From Octopus vulgaris (Eukaryota): a DNA stretch of 64,000 bases. Position numbers and translations under genes: made by a program. A model generated the notes under the pieces. The model searched no databases, was not told the DNA's origin, and saw only the letters and a program-made list of their open reading frames with translations. Where the stretch lies: NCBI GenBank assembly GCA_951406725.2, contig OX597817.1, positions 77,376,001 through 77,440,000 of the forward strand. Direction: 5' to 3'. Below are positions 13,888 through 26,528 of this stretch, in pieces. Position 1 is the stretch's first letter. Every line of letters starts with the position of its first letter.

Positions 13888-14054
13888 AATTGTGCATGTA
13901 TACATATACATATGCATAAGCATATATACATATATATATATGCATATATCTGTATATGCATGCATATAAGCGATTATATGAATGTGTATATATATATATA
14001 TATGTATATATATATGTGTGTGTGTGTATAAGCGTTTATGTGTATAAAGTGCAG

Positions 14055-14226
14055 AGAAGAAGAAGAAGAAGGAGGAGGAGGAGGGGAAGAAGGAGAAGAA
14101 GAAGAAGAAGAAGAAAAAGAAGAAGAAGAAGAAGAAGAATAAGAAGAAGAAGAAGGAGAAGAAGAAGAAGAAGAAGAAGAAGAAGAAGAAGAAGAAGAAG
14201 AAGAAGAAGAAGAAGAAGAAGAAGAA
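14055..14226. repeat. (GAA)n/(GGA)n purine tract
   Basis: About 170 bp, almost purely purine on the + strand. Confidence 0.97.
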
Positions 14227-14325
14227 TTGAATGCCGTGAAAGAGGGCCCGATGTCTGTAAGATTGACGGGAGTGAGAGAAAGACGGAATAAGCATAACGA
14301 AGGAAAGATAAATTTATGAGTTTCT
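14227..14325 (-). other. Candidate splice acceptor; exon would begin at 14254
   Basis: Minus strand TCTTTCCTTCGTTATGCTTATTCCGTCTTTCTCTCACTCCCGTCAATCTTACAG|ACATCGG: long pyrimidine tract ending in CAG. Confidence 0.55.
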
Positions 14326-14447
14326 TTTTTACATTTGCTTCGAAAATAAACTTTGAAGGTCTCCAGAAACCAGAAATCAGAAATCAGAAAGTTATAAAAG
14401 ATATTGAATTTTTATTATTGCTGTAGTTTAGCCATAAGGTCAAACAT

Positions 14448-14831
14448 GCGTAGCTGAGGGGGGTAAGAAAGAAGCTTGCTTCACAACCACATGGTCTCGC
14501 GTTCAGTCCCACTACGTGGCACCTTGGGCAAATGTCTTCTCGTATATTAGTCACGGACCAATCAAAACCTTGTGACGGAAAGTGAAAGAAGCCCGGTGTG
14601 TGTGTGCGTGCGCGTATCTTTGTGCATGTGTTTGTCTCCCATTGGCGCTTGGCAACCGGTGTTGGTGTGTTTACGTACCCGTAACTTAGCGGTTCGGCAA
14701 AATAGAGGCCTGTAGAACAAGTATCAGGCTTAAAGATAAAAAGCACAGGAATCGATTCATTCCACTAAATATTCTTCAATGCGGTGCCCCAGCATGGCCG
14801 CAGTCTTATGACTAAAAGAAGTAAAAGATAG
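14448..14831 (+). mobile_element. SINE family A
   Basis: All modules present. Confidence 0.85.
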
Positions 14832-14911
14832 AATATATATATATATATAAGGTATAAAGCGTGACAACTGGATATAATTTGGTAACCGCTATTTTGCAGG
14901 TCAAAATCTTT

Positions 14912-15100
14912 TTTACTCTAGACACAAGGCCCGAAATTTTTTGGGAGAGGACCAGTCGATTAGATCGACCCTAGTACGCAACTGGTACTTAATTTATCAA
15001 CCCCGAAAGGACGAAAGGCGAAGTCGATCTCGGTGGAATTTGAACTAAGAACGTAAAGACAGACGAAATACCGGCGTGCTAACGTTTCTGCCAGCACGCC
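14912..15100 (-). mobile_element. SINE family B, tail type 2
   Basis: Reverse complement of head and central domain; tail AAATTTCGGGCCTTGTGTCTAGAGTAAAAA. Confidence 0.88.
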
Positions 15101-15106
15101 TGGCGC

Positions 15107-15222
15107 TTTACCTTTCATCCTCTTGGGGTCGATAAATTAAGTACCAGTTACGTACTGGGGTCGATGTAATTGACTGGTCCCCTCTGCCAAAATTTCGGGC
15201 CTTGCGCCTAGAGTAGAAAATA
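15107..15222 (+). mobile_element. SINE family B, 3' half, tail type 2
   Basis: CCTTTCATCCTCTTGGGGTCGATAAATTAAGTACC...TTTCGGGCCTTGCGCCTAGAGTAGAAAA. Confidence 0.85.
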
Positions 15223-15481
15223 TTCTTGCTGGTCAGGAAGCGACCACCGCATGTTCGTAGGCTCAAGAAAAACAGGTGGTTAATATTGATGATTTTTGCT
15301 GTTTAGTTCAATGTCGGCTCAGATAGTTCCAGCCGTGACCATCTATCTCATATATAATTTTAGAGTGTGATTTGATGGGGAATTTGGCTGTTAATTTTAG
15401 GAAGTCGAACGGTCACTTGGGAGCTTCTTTAGAATTGAAGCCATGAGCACAAAGGAAAAAAAAAACGCGAAGGGCTGATAT

Positions 15482-15684
15482 TCTTTTATACGTTTCAGCC
15501 CTAAAACTGTGGCCATGCTGGGGCACCACCTTCAAGAATTCTAACCGAATAAATTGACCCCGGTACTTACTTGCTTTTTAAGCCTGGGACTTATTCAATC
15601 GAAGATCCATTTGCCGAACTGCTAAGTTACGGGGGCGCAAACACCCCCCCCCCCGTGTCAAGCGGGGGACAAACACATACAGAA

Positions 15685-15724
<40 letters not shown>

Positions 15725-15843
15725 TACGACGGGCTTCTTTCAGTTTCCGTCTACCAAACTCACTCAGAAGGCTTTAGTAGAAGACACCTGCCAATGGTGC
15801 CACGCAGTGGGACTGAACCCGGAATCATGTGTTTGGGAAGCAG
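15482..15843 (-). mobile_element. SINE family A
   Basis: Reverse-complement copy with small deletions. Confidence 0.85.
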
Positions 15844-16104
15844 TTGTTTTATATATTTCATTTTTTTTTTTTCATGCTTCTACCAAGACAAGTGTTTTTG
15901 TTGTTATTTTCTTTGCTATGAATGAATTTAAAGGAAGAATACAGGAATCGCAAGAGAAATAAATAGTGGTTATAAAGAGGAGTGAGTAATAATAGTAAAA
16001 CGGAATTAAAGAATACATTAAAAAAAAAACACAAATAACATAAACCAGAATGAAAGACGGACGAAAATAGGAAAAACTGATTTATAAACAAGAAAACGGT
16101 GGCA

Positions 16105-16159
<55 letters not shown>

Positions 16160-16753
16160 AAGAAAGGAAGGAAGAAGAGAGTAATGGATAGGAGAATGAA
16201 TAAGCTTAGAAATAATAAATATGCGTGTATGATATGAAGGAAAGGTAAAAACTCGTTATAAAAGCATGTTTTATAAAATATAAAACTGCCAAGGACATTT
16301 ATGTGTGTGTCTGTCTGTCTGTCTTAACAGACTTCCTTATTTAATCCAACGCTTATTATAGAAGGAAGCTGCATGTAGCCTACACATGCACACACACGCA
16401 TTACAAAGCATGCTCGCCTCGAAACATGTGCAGACTCATTCAGCCCGAATGCACGTGCTCGGACACAAACATGTCGTTATGCGTGTAGGTGTGTGTGCGT
16501 CAGGACACTGCTCTCTCTCTCTCTCTTTCACTTTCTCTATCTCTCTCTCACACACACACGCACACTCTGTGTATCTCTCACTTCTTTCTCACACTTTCTC
16601 TTTAATCTATCTTACACACTCACGCGCACAAACACACACACACACCACACACACACACATACACACATACACGCGCGCATACACTTCTCTCACTGCTGTC
16701 TACCTCTTCACACATAACATACTCCAGAATTATATAAACATCTATACACATGG

Positions 16754-16885
<132 letters not shown>

Positions 16886-17023
16886 GATACGCGCGCACAA
16901 ACACACAAACACACACACACACACGTTGACACACATGTACCAAAAATATGTATACAAGCAGACAAAATGGACAAAGAATTTACAACTATTTTTGTATATT
17001 CTCTCTCTGCCCGTCCACTGCAA

Positions 17024-17063
<40 letters not shown>

Positions 17064-17573
17064 ATATATATGCATACACACACGCACTGGCAGGAACTTA
17101 GGGAGAGCTGTGTGTATATATAGAAATAGAATGAATTTGTGAGTAAAAATATATTTATATTCATACATATATACGTGTGTTAAAATATACATTTACACAC
17201 ACGCACGCGCATACACACACACACACACACGCATACACACACACACACACACACACACACAAGCATATCAAATATGTTACACTCATATACATCTGTAAAC
17301 GCATACATGCGAGCCTGTGTTTCTGTGTCTGTGTGTGTGTGTGTGTGCGTGACGGATTGCCAAAGCTATTGGTACACCGGAGAAGAAGAATGTCTCGCGG
17401 AATTTATCCCGGAAAAGAATGTCTCGCAGAATCTATCAGATAAAAAATAAATAAATAAATAAATAAATAAAAGTTGGGGGCTCCATATCCGGAGCACTGC
17501 TTGATGAAACTGTTAAATACCTCGCAGTATCCAGACTGGGTTCCCTTTGCCCTCTGACGACAACGGTGCCATT

Positions 17574-17800
17574 CGAGCTGGCAGAAACGTTAGCACGCCG
17601 GGCGAAATGCGTAGCCGTATTTCGTCTGTCGTTACATTGTGAGTTCAAATTCCGCCGAGGTAGACTTTGCCTTTCATCCTTTCGGGGGTCGATAAATTAA
17701 GTACCAGTTACGCACTGGGGTCGATGTAATTGACTTAATACCTATTCCTGCCCTTGTTTGTCCCCTCTATGTTTAGCCCCTTGTGGGTAATAAAGAAATA
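17574..17800 (+). mobile_element. SINE family B, tail type 1
   Basis: Near-identical to 2006-2230; GCCATT duplicated at 17568-17573 and 17801-17806. Confidence 0.92.
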
Positions 17801-18145
17801 GCCATTTGTACTTGGTGCCAAATTTTTATCAGTCCCTGCAATTGTTCTTCATTCATATCTCTATAATACTGGAGTCTTGGAGAAGAGAGATTGGCAAGCG
17901 TGTGGTGACTGTTAATCTTTCACAATAAACCCTGGTTCAGATCTGTGCATTTAGGTGCAAAGATAGGGCCATCGCTGACCGACGGATGACACCCATACCC
18001 CGACCCATCCACCCACAACTTATCTCGCCTACATATGCAGCTATATGGATTTATATGCATCATGTTTTGGCTGCATATCACACTGCAGGCTTGCCACGCA
18101 TCGAGACATGTATGTATGTATGTATGTATTTAATTATATAATTAA

Positions 18146-18545
18146 CTAGCAGTATCGCCCGGCGTTGCTCGGGTTTGTAAGGGAAATAACTATATAAGCA
18201 TTTTTAGAGAGTTATAGCAAAAAAAATTGCAAAAAATGCATTAAAAATGGAAAAAAAATGATGGTAAGTTTTTTTTAAATCGTTGACTCATCGTAGACAT
18301 TTTTAGAGAGTTACTTCCTTTATATAAAAGCGAAAAAATGCATTAAAATGGAAAAAAATGATGGTAATTTTTTTTTTAAATCGTAGACTCATCGTAGACG
18401 CGCGCTAATACCCAGAAGGGCTCGATATGAATCACGGCTATAAGATACCCGCTTTTGGTTAAACTGCACCGCAAAATGTGGGAGTAGTTAGGAATCTAAA
18501 TCGTAGGAGACAGACAGCACACAACCTCTCTTTTATATATAAAGA
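18146..18545 (-). mobile_element. Non-autonomous Helitron (400 bp)
   Basis: Minus strand A|TCTTTATATATAAAAG...CCCGAGCAACGCCGGG (hairpin) CGATACTG-CTAG|T; inserted between A and T without a TSD; internal tandem duplication of about 100 bp. Confidence 0.9.
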
Positions 18546-18754
18546 TTTTAGAGTAAGTTTTGACCGGCCACCTACGTGATTGTAGCAAAGTTGTGAAGGA
18601 AAATATCTGGTTTAGCTATCATCCTTTACATCTTAAGATGGTCTTCCAGATTTTTATAATCCCTGATACCGTGATCATTTGTAGCATATGAATTTAGGAT
18701 TTGAATTCTCTCACCAAGATCCCGAGTTCAGCCAGAAAGATTGGTAGTATGTTA

Positions 18755-18898
18755 ACTTGCTTACCAACCACATGGTTCCGGGTTCAGTCTCATTGCGTGG
18801 CACTTTGGGCAAGTGTCTTCTACTATAGCCTTGGGCCGACCAAAGCCTTGTGAGTGGATATGGTAGACGGAAACTGAAAGAATCCCGTCGTATATATG

Positions 18899-18935
<37 letters not shown>

Positions 18936-19139
18936 TTCTGTGTTTGTCCCCCCAACATCGCTTGGCAACCGATGCTGGTGTGTTAACGTCCCCGTAACTT
19001 AGTGGTTCGGCAAAACAGACCGACAGAATAAGTACTAGGCTTACAAAGAACAAGTCCTGGGGTCGATTTGCTCGACTAAAAAGGCGGTGTTCCAGCATGG
19101 CCGCATTCAAATGACAAAAACAAGTAAAAGAGTAAAATA

Positions 19140-19140
<1 letters not shown>
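18755..19140 (+). mobile_element. SINE family A, slightly 5'-truncated
   Basis: High similarity to 27022-27456. Confidence 0.9.
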
Positions 19141-19180
<40 letters not shown>

Positions 19181-19404
19181 TCTCTGTGTGTATATATATG
19201 TTCGTATGAATATGCGTATATATGTCTATACATATCTGTTCTATGTTTGCGTGTGTGCAGGTAGGAAAGTGGACACGCGGAATAACTATTAGAGAAGTCT
19301 CATCTTCTAAGTACGTATCTCAATATACTTCTGTTACTGAGTACTCTACTCTCTCCCTTTTGTTTTTAGACTAACAACTCGACTTCCATCTCTCTCTCCG
19401 ACCA

Positions 19405-19678
19405 TAGCCATGTGAATGGATTTGGTTGACGGAAACTGAAAGAAACCCGTCGTATTATATATATTTGTATGTGTGTCTGAGTTCCTTCCCTCCACCGCTT
19501 GACAACCGGTGTTGGTGTGTTTATGTTCCCGTTACCTAGCGGTTCGACAAAAAAGATCGATAGGATAAGTACCAGGGTTTTAAAAATAATGTATTAGGGT
19601 GATATATTCCACTATAAATTCTTCCAGATGGCGCCCCAGCAGGGCCGCAATCTAATGACTGAAACAAGTAAAAGATAA
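19405..19678 (+). mobile_element. SINE family A, 3' two-thirds
   Basis: GGATTTGGTTGACGGAAACTGAAAGAA...GACTGAAACAAGTAAAAGA. Confidence 0.8.
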
Positions 19679-19869
19679 TATATATGTATATATATATTAA
19701 TAAATTTCAGGGAAACAAAAAATTACTTAGAAAGTTTTTGCTACCAGTGGTCTAGCCTGAAGAAAAACTAATCTATATATTATTTATATAAATACAGTGT
19801 ACATTTAAACACATAAGAGATGTCCAGCCGCATTAACTTGCTATTAAGGCAGGTAGTAATTTTACTTTC

Positions 19870-20710
19870 TTCTAAATTACGCAAAAATGAATATAACACT
19901 GACATCTCATTTTATCAGATATATTTTACCAAAATTACCAAAAATATCTTGAAATACTATAAAGACTAAATTTATTCAATAAAATCGCCGTTGGATTCAA
20001 CCACGGCCTCCAGACAACTTCGGAATCTTCTGTAACTCTTCTGGGCGATCTCCTTGTTAAAGTTCGTCGATGCTGCCATAATCCTTGCCTTCAGTTCATC
20101 TTTGGTGTTACAAGGAGTTTTGTTGGTCTCTTGCTCGACTGCGCCCGACACGTAATAATCAAAGGGGTTGTCGTCTGGGAAGTGAGGTGGCCAGATGTTA
20201 GGAATGATATGGTCAGAATTGTCTGACAGCCACGACTGGGCTCTCCTACTTGTTTGGCATGGTGCAGAGTCCTGTTGCTAGACATAGGGTCTTCCAGCAG
20301 CCACCCTCTTAACTCAAGGCACGACTACCTCCTCCAAGTATTTGATGCAGGTTTCTGTGTTGACTGTGAGGTCATGTGAGGAGATGAATGGAGGCATAAC
20401 ATCGCCATCACTAGTGATCACTCCAAACACCATGAGGTTGACTGGATGTTTGATTTTTATCACTCTCGATACATGTCCTTAGATGACACCCAAGCATCCT
20501 GAAATGTTCTTATTGGAGCTTCCGTCACGAATGTCAAGCAGTACAGCATGTCGTTTCCAAATTTCTGGCCGAGTGACTTGCCTTATGGTACTGGTTTTCT
20601 CACAGACGGTGCCCAACTGACCCTACTATACTATGTAGTGAAGAAAATCAAAAGCAGTGCGCGAAATTTAAAATACAAAATGGCGACAAACTTACCCCCA
20701 GCGTACCCTG
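19870..20710 (-). mobile_element. Decayed DD37D (maT-type Tc1/mariner) transposon, copy 1
   Basis: Colinear with 37396-38157; minus-strand frames read KHPVNLMVFGVITSDG and QDSAPC...SWLSDN...NIWPPHFPDDNPFDYYV; ends GTACCCTG|TA. Confidence 0.88.
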
Positions 20711-20804
20711 TATGTATATGTGTGTGTGTGTGTGTGTGTGTAAGGGCCTTAGACCAATAGGTGGGGGTGCTGGGCTCCACTTCTGCACTGGGCAATACTT
20801 TCAG

Positions 20805-21485
20805 TGTCGATGAATTAAGTACCAGTAAAACACTTGGGTCGGCGTAATCGACTTGCCCCCTCCCCCACCCAAATTTCAGGTCTTGTGCTTTCAATAGAAA
20901 GGATTGTTATTAAGGCGGCGTGCTTAGCAGAATAATTAGCACGCTAGGCAAAATGTTTTACAGCGTTTCATCCGTCCTTACGTTCTGAGTTCATATTCCT
21001 CCCAGGTCAATTTTGTCTTTCATCCATTCGGGGGTCGATAAATTTGCTGTCCTTGAGACAAAATTTGAAACCATTATCAAGACAGCAAGGTGGCAGAATC
21101 GTTAGCACGCCGGACAAAATGTTGTGCGGCATTTCATCCGTTTTTACAGTCCGAGTTCAAATCCCGTCAGGGTCGACTTTGACTTTCATTGTTTCGGGGT
21201 CGATAAAATCAGCACCTGTTGAGCTCTGGGATCGATGTAATCGGCTACTCTTCTATATAGATATATGCATGTGTGTATCTTTGTATATGCATTGGTTCCC
21301 TCCCACCACCAGTTGACAACCGGTGTTGGTTTGTTTACGTCACGGTTCGGTAAAAAGAAAGACCGATAGAATAAGAATCAGGTTTTTTAAAAAAAGTATC
21401 GATGTTTATTAGTTCGACTAAACCCTTCAAGACGGTGTCCCAGCGTGGCCGCAATCTAATAACCGAAACAAGTAAAACAAGAAAT
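20805..21485 (+). mobile_element. Cluster of tandem SINE B fragments followed by a SINE A 3' half
   Basis: Three B pieces (~20805-20905, 20914-21042, 21085-21245) and an A tail ending ~21482. Confidence 0.75.
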
Positions 21486-23025
21486 ATACAATGCCGTCCA
21501 TATCTGTGCACATGCCTACATGTGCACACGCCTACATGTGCACATGCATGATGGTTGTTGTCTCCTTGTGCTTCCACATTGTCAATAGCATTTCTTACAT
21601 TCTCTTTGCGATCTCTAAGACGGCTATTCATTCCTGTTGTAGATTTGTATGGTTTGAAGCATCGGTAAGAGATGAAAGCTGTAATTTACTGTGCGCTCCC
21701 GGACTGTTTTAGGCCTGGACGTGTCACCACTCTTCAGTCGCCATAAGACTTTTAGTAAATAGCATCATGAATGTGTTCACCATAAAGAGACATCTTTATG
21801 TCATTGGATTATTGCGATAAACGCGTGTAAAACATTAGTACCATCCATTGAGTATCCATGATTAATACCTTGTGACAGGCCGAAACTAGATGACCAGTAA
21901 TCACGTGAAATCGCATGTTTTACATCAGAATGTCTCTTTCCTTGGAGGATGCTGTGACACATTACAAGTACAATCTGTAGGTGGAACAGTAAAAATCTGC
22001 AAGACTTTTCTTAAGTTCAAAATGTGAATTAGTTTTTATTATATACTCTTCAACGATGGAGCTTTGTATCTTTATAAGAAACCAAATTCTTCTTTCAAAT
22101 TATTAGAAAAAAGTGAGGACTTACATATGAAATTATTCTGATGTCTAAATTGCAGTGAAAGAATCTTGTTTCTTGTTTAGGAAACAGTTGCTTCTCTGTT
22201 GGTGAGAAATTTGCCGAATAAAACCGAGAGCGAGCGTTCATACGCGTAGGACCACACTAAGTGACCAAGTCGAAGATAGTACCGTAAAAACGAGGATATC
22301 GGAGAAAGGGTTAATTTGAGTAAGTAATAATTTACACATTGCTATAATTATTCTCAACACTCTTTTCCTTTCCTTTTATATATATGTAAAAAAACAAAAA
22401 CAAGAAGAACGAAATAAAAATCATGCTTATTGATCGGAAATTTCGTGTTGTTTTATGCTTCACTTGGCTTAGATCAGTGAAAACCAAAAAGCTTCCGTTA
22501 CAGTCTCCGTTCTCGTAAATAAAGATAAGATTTGCCCTTAAGCATGAGAATAATTTTTTCTTTTAATTAATTTCTAATTTATTGAAATTATTTCCCTTCT
22601 TCGCTTTGAGAATTACCAACGAATACAGTTAAGTAGTGTTTTCCTTCACCAATTAAGAAGAAAATTTCAATTCATTAAGATTTTTTTAAGCGTACATCTT
22701 TTAGTACAGACTTGATTTATCTCCAGCCATGCTATTGGCTGATTTGAGTTATTTCCCTTCACTCAGTTTTGTTTGTTTATCTTTTTAGATTTCAGATCTG
22801 TCAAATAAACGCGCTAAAACTTAGTGCATATTCGTTTTGATTAAACAATATTTGACATTCAATAGTTTTTGTAACTAAAACATAAAGGTGTTATACATGC
22901 AGAACGGTTTCGTTGCTCTGCGCCTATTTGGAACAAACCCGACTGACGGCACTTTCGTGCATGTAGTTACTCTCGAATCGGAAATGCTTTATAAGTCATC
23001 CCCGGTAGCATCGCCAGGTCAGATT

Positions 23026-23435
23026 GGATCTTTTCGGTTTGACCGGCAGTTTTTTTTAATAATTTCCACGTAACTAAACACTTTTAAACTTCGTATACTG
23101 GTAGAGTGTGTTTATAAAACATGTTTTTCTCTTGGCTTTATTGTGAAAATTCTATAGTTTGTAAGATATTTGTTGTTTTCTTCTTCAATTTCTGCAATTT
23201 CAACCAATCAATGACGTCTATTGAGGTGAAAACATTCTGAGCCGTATGAATATGTCCCTCGTTTAAGAAACAGATTGGGTTTATTTACATTTCTAAAGAA
23301 AAAAGATACCCTTCCCTCCACCCCTAACCCTAAAACAGATTGAAATGCAATAGATCGATACTAGGGTCATAATTATAGGTGACAACTTCATATAACACCG
23401 CTAGAAAAAAACTGCCGGTCAAACCGAAAAGATCC
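23026..23435. mobile_element. MITE with GGATCTTTTCGGTTTGACCGGCAGTTTTTT TIRs
   Basis: Perfect TIRs of about 30 bp; the left ~140 bp is homologous to the arms of the 509-862 element; flanks GTCAGATT/CAGAGATT are only a partial TSD. Confidence 0.9.
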
Positions 23436-23769
23436 CAGAGATTTCAAGAAATTATCCATAGGGCCAAGCGGGAAAATCTTCTGGAACAGACCAAGCTAGC
23501 TAATTTTTATCTACGCCCAGACTTCTTCCGGTGATGCCATCGCTTTTGACTGCGTACTCGACTATTAAGAAAGCTGTGAGTGCTTGATGATGTTCGCGAG
23601 GCTCAGGGCCTGAAATTTTAAGGGAGAATATTAATCAATTATTATATCGACACATCAGTGTTCAACTGGTATTTATTTCATAGACCTCGAATGAAATGAA
23701 GGTAAAATCTATCTCGGTGTCCTTTGAAAAAACGTCTCTAAGCAATTTGGCGTACTAATAATAATGATT

Positions 23770-23957
23770 TCAAATGTTGGCACATGACTAGCAGTTTTTG
23801 AGGGGATGGGCAATCGATTACATCAACCTCCCGTACTTGACTGGTATTTATTTTATCGTCTCCGAAAGGATAAGTGGTAATGTTGACTTCGGTGGAATTT
23901 TAACTTAGAACGCAAAGACGGACGAAATACCACTAAGCATTTCGTCCGGCATGCTAA
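23770..23957 (-). mobile_element. SINE family B, older copy, tail type 2
   Basis: Reverse-complement central domain and head. Confidence 0.75.
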
Positions 23958-24906
23958 CAATCATGATGATGGCGATGATGAACATTAGAGAGGAAGATAA
24001 TACCAAGACAGTTTCCAATCTGTATGGGGCACTTACATAAGAGGGGGTGAAAGTGAGAGGAGTGAAAATGAGACAAAAGTATAAATAGTATACGGAATAT
24101 ATGAATAAATCTGATATAATTCCCCCGACGCGCGAAAACCTCCAGCCAGGGGTAACTAAGGAACACTATAAATCCAGAATTACCCTGACCAGCACAAAGG
24201 CATAAGACCGTGTCTCTCCTGTTGTTCTCTAATCTACAAGTGCATGCTTAGAGTAAGTCTGCTCGCCCTAACAATTTTCGCCACAGTCACCCAGCTTTTA
24301 GTTAATTCACTGTGAGAGAGCACGTGCCTCTCCACCTTCATTTTCCTTTCCAAGTGGAACGTTAAAAAAGTCGATGGGGGTTTGATCGAAAAGATGCCTG
24401 TCTTCCCTTCTTTCAACCTCGTCTACCACAAAAACCTCTTTCGCAATGGTCTTCAGACAACAGAACATCGCTTGCTTTTGCTTTGTTAAAGGTGGGTGGT
24501 GGAGCAATTTTCACGATGAACTTATAGCAGAAATATGATTATCAATCGGCCGATCAGGTTTAAATACCCAAATATTGGCACAAATACGTTTTGTGCAAGT
24601 GGTCACATGACCTGGTCACGTGATGGTCGAATCTTTCCGGTTTTGCACGTGCTATCCAATGCCATCACATAACCGACAAACCTAGCGTGGAAAAATTAGG
24701 ATTGTTCGCTGGAGCCCATCATCAGCTTTAAAAAGCGATATCTTTCCCTCTATCCTCAAATGTGGTGGGAAGGCACCGTCGAGTTCGGATCTCGGTATAG
24801 AGAGAGGAGAGTTATTCAGCAGAGAGCTTTGACGAACTGTTATGTTCTGGCCTAGTACACATCAAGTACCAACTGCATGAGAAAATATGTATTTTTTTTT
24901 TATAAA

Positions 24907-25131
24907 GCGGCGAGCTGGCAGAAACGTTAGCACGCCGGGCGAAATGCTTAGCGGTATTTCGTCTGCCGTTACATTCTGAGTTCCAATTCCGCCGAGGTCG
25001 ACTTTGCCTTTCAACCTTTCGGGGTCGATTAAATAAGTACCAGTTACGCACTGGGTCGATATAATCGACTTAATCCGTTTGACTGTCCTTGTTTGAACTG
25101 TGTTTAGCCCCTTGTGGGTGTAGTAAAGAAA
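24907..25131 (+). mobile_element. SINE family B, full length, tail type 1
   Basis: GCGGCGAGCTGGCAGAAACG...TAGTAAAGAAA; AAATATGTAT-T-run present on both sides (TSD-like). Confidence 0.92.
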
Positions 25132-25328
25132 TATGTATATTTTTTGACAAAATCATTCAAGATGTATCATCTTTGCTGTACCTTCCTTTAGGCGTTTGAA
25201 TAAAGTGTGATCGTAAATTGCAGCTCTTGGCCTCGTATTTCTTTCCGCTGCTATACCTGACTCATTCGGAACCAGCAAATTACAATGTTACCAGGACCAG
25301 AGCCACGATACTTCAATCCCTAAAATAC

Positions 25329-25845
25329 CTTTCACTTTCATTTTCCTTTCCAAGAGGAACATTAAAAAGTCGACGGGGACTTGATCGATGAAGAAGATGT
25401 CTACCCTCACTCGTTTCAACCTCGTCTACCACACAGCCTCTTTCGCAATAGTCTTCAGACAGCAGACTCGATTGATAATTAAAGATAGTCGAAGGTGGAA
25501 GAAAGTCTTTGATTGTATGTAGATAGAATCAGAGCGGGCTCAGACGAAGAGACTTAACGACAAATAATAAAGCAACACCAACAATTTTACAACACTGACT
25601 TATCAACAACGACGCCGACAGGAAAAGAAATATTACCACAACTAAAGCACCCTTAGATACACCGCAGTCACCATCATCATCATCGTCGTCACCACAACCA
25701 TCGCCTTCATTACTATCAACGAAAGAACATAAAGTAGAAGCGGTGGTGGTGGTGGTGAAGGTGATGGTGGCTGAAGGCGGTTGTGGAGGAGGAGGAGGAG
25801 GAGGGATGTGACAATTATCAACAACCCTGACTGAGCACTGAAAGC
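25329..25845 (-). other. Candidate first exon, probably non-coding
   Basis: Ends at donor GAAAG|GTATTT (25329/25328); begins near TCAGT Inr-like motifs (~25829-25841); non-repeat, CpG-retaining sequence. Confidence 0.4.
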
Positions 25846-25930
25846 AATCCGAGCTGTTCTCTCTCTATCTCTCTCTCTCTCTCTCTCACTCGGTTCAGTT
25901 TCAATGACGTCAAACGGTGAACGTTCTTGG
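25825..25930. promoter_or_regulatory. Candidate promoter
   Basis: Full palindromic CRE TGACGTCA at 25905-25912; (CT)n tract 25858-25887; TCAGT Inr-like motifs on both strands. Confidence 0.4.
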
Positions 25931-26062
25931 TGTTAGCTGTCACACACATGTGAACAACGCATTGCTTTAGTCATACAATCACACACGCACAAACACCTTA
26001 CGCATACACATATACACATATACATGCATAAAGACAAAATGCAACCTCTTTCTTTTCCTCTG

Positions 26063-26105
<43 letters not shown>

Positions 26106-26290
26106 CTGTCCCCCCTCTCTCTCTCTCTCTGTTCCTTAGACATATACTTGATGTGTCCCACTATCTTTTGCACGTATACAAACACATTTAGAGAAAGAGA
26201 GAGAAAGAAACGCTCACCTCTCTCTCTTACTTTTATTCTCTTTCAGAATGACAAGTGTTTGTTCCTTACACACCACCCCCACACAAGCAC

Positions 26291-26362
<72 letters not shown>

Positions 26363-26414
26363 AATATAGATATATATGTATATGTATATAAATATAAATA
26401 TATAAATATATATT

Positions 26415-26528
<114 letters not shown>

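Noticed and set aside
13321-14295. 324-aa minus ORF and 111-aa poly-Arg (protamine-like) plus ORF
   Set aside because: Produced by (GAA)n and other repeats; composition switches with repeat type, and the minus ORF has a non-ATG start inside a pyrimidine tract.
18190-18400. CRISPR-like or satellite array
   Set aside because: Only two units, inside a Helitron; eukaryotic DNA with no repeat-spacer structure.
21560-21900. Possible FLYWCH/MULE transposase remnant on the minus strand (SNHTNLQQE*IAVLEIAKRM)
   Set aside because: Too degenerate to support without a profile search.
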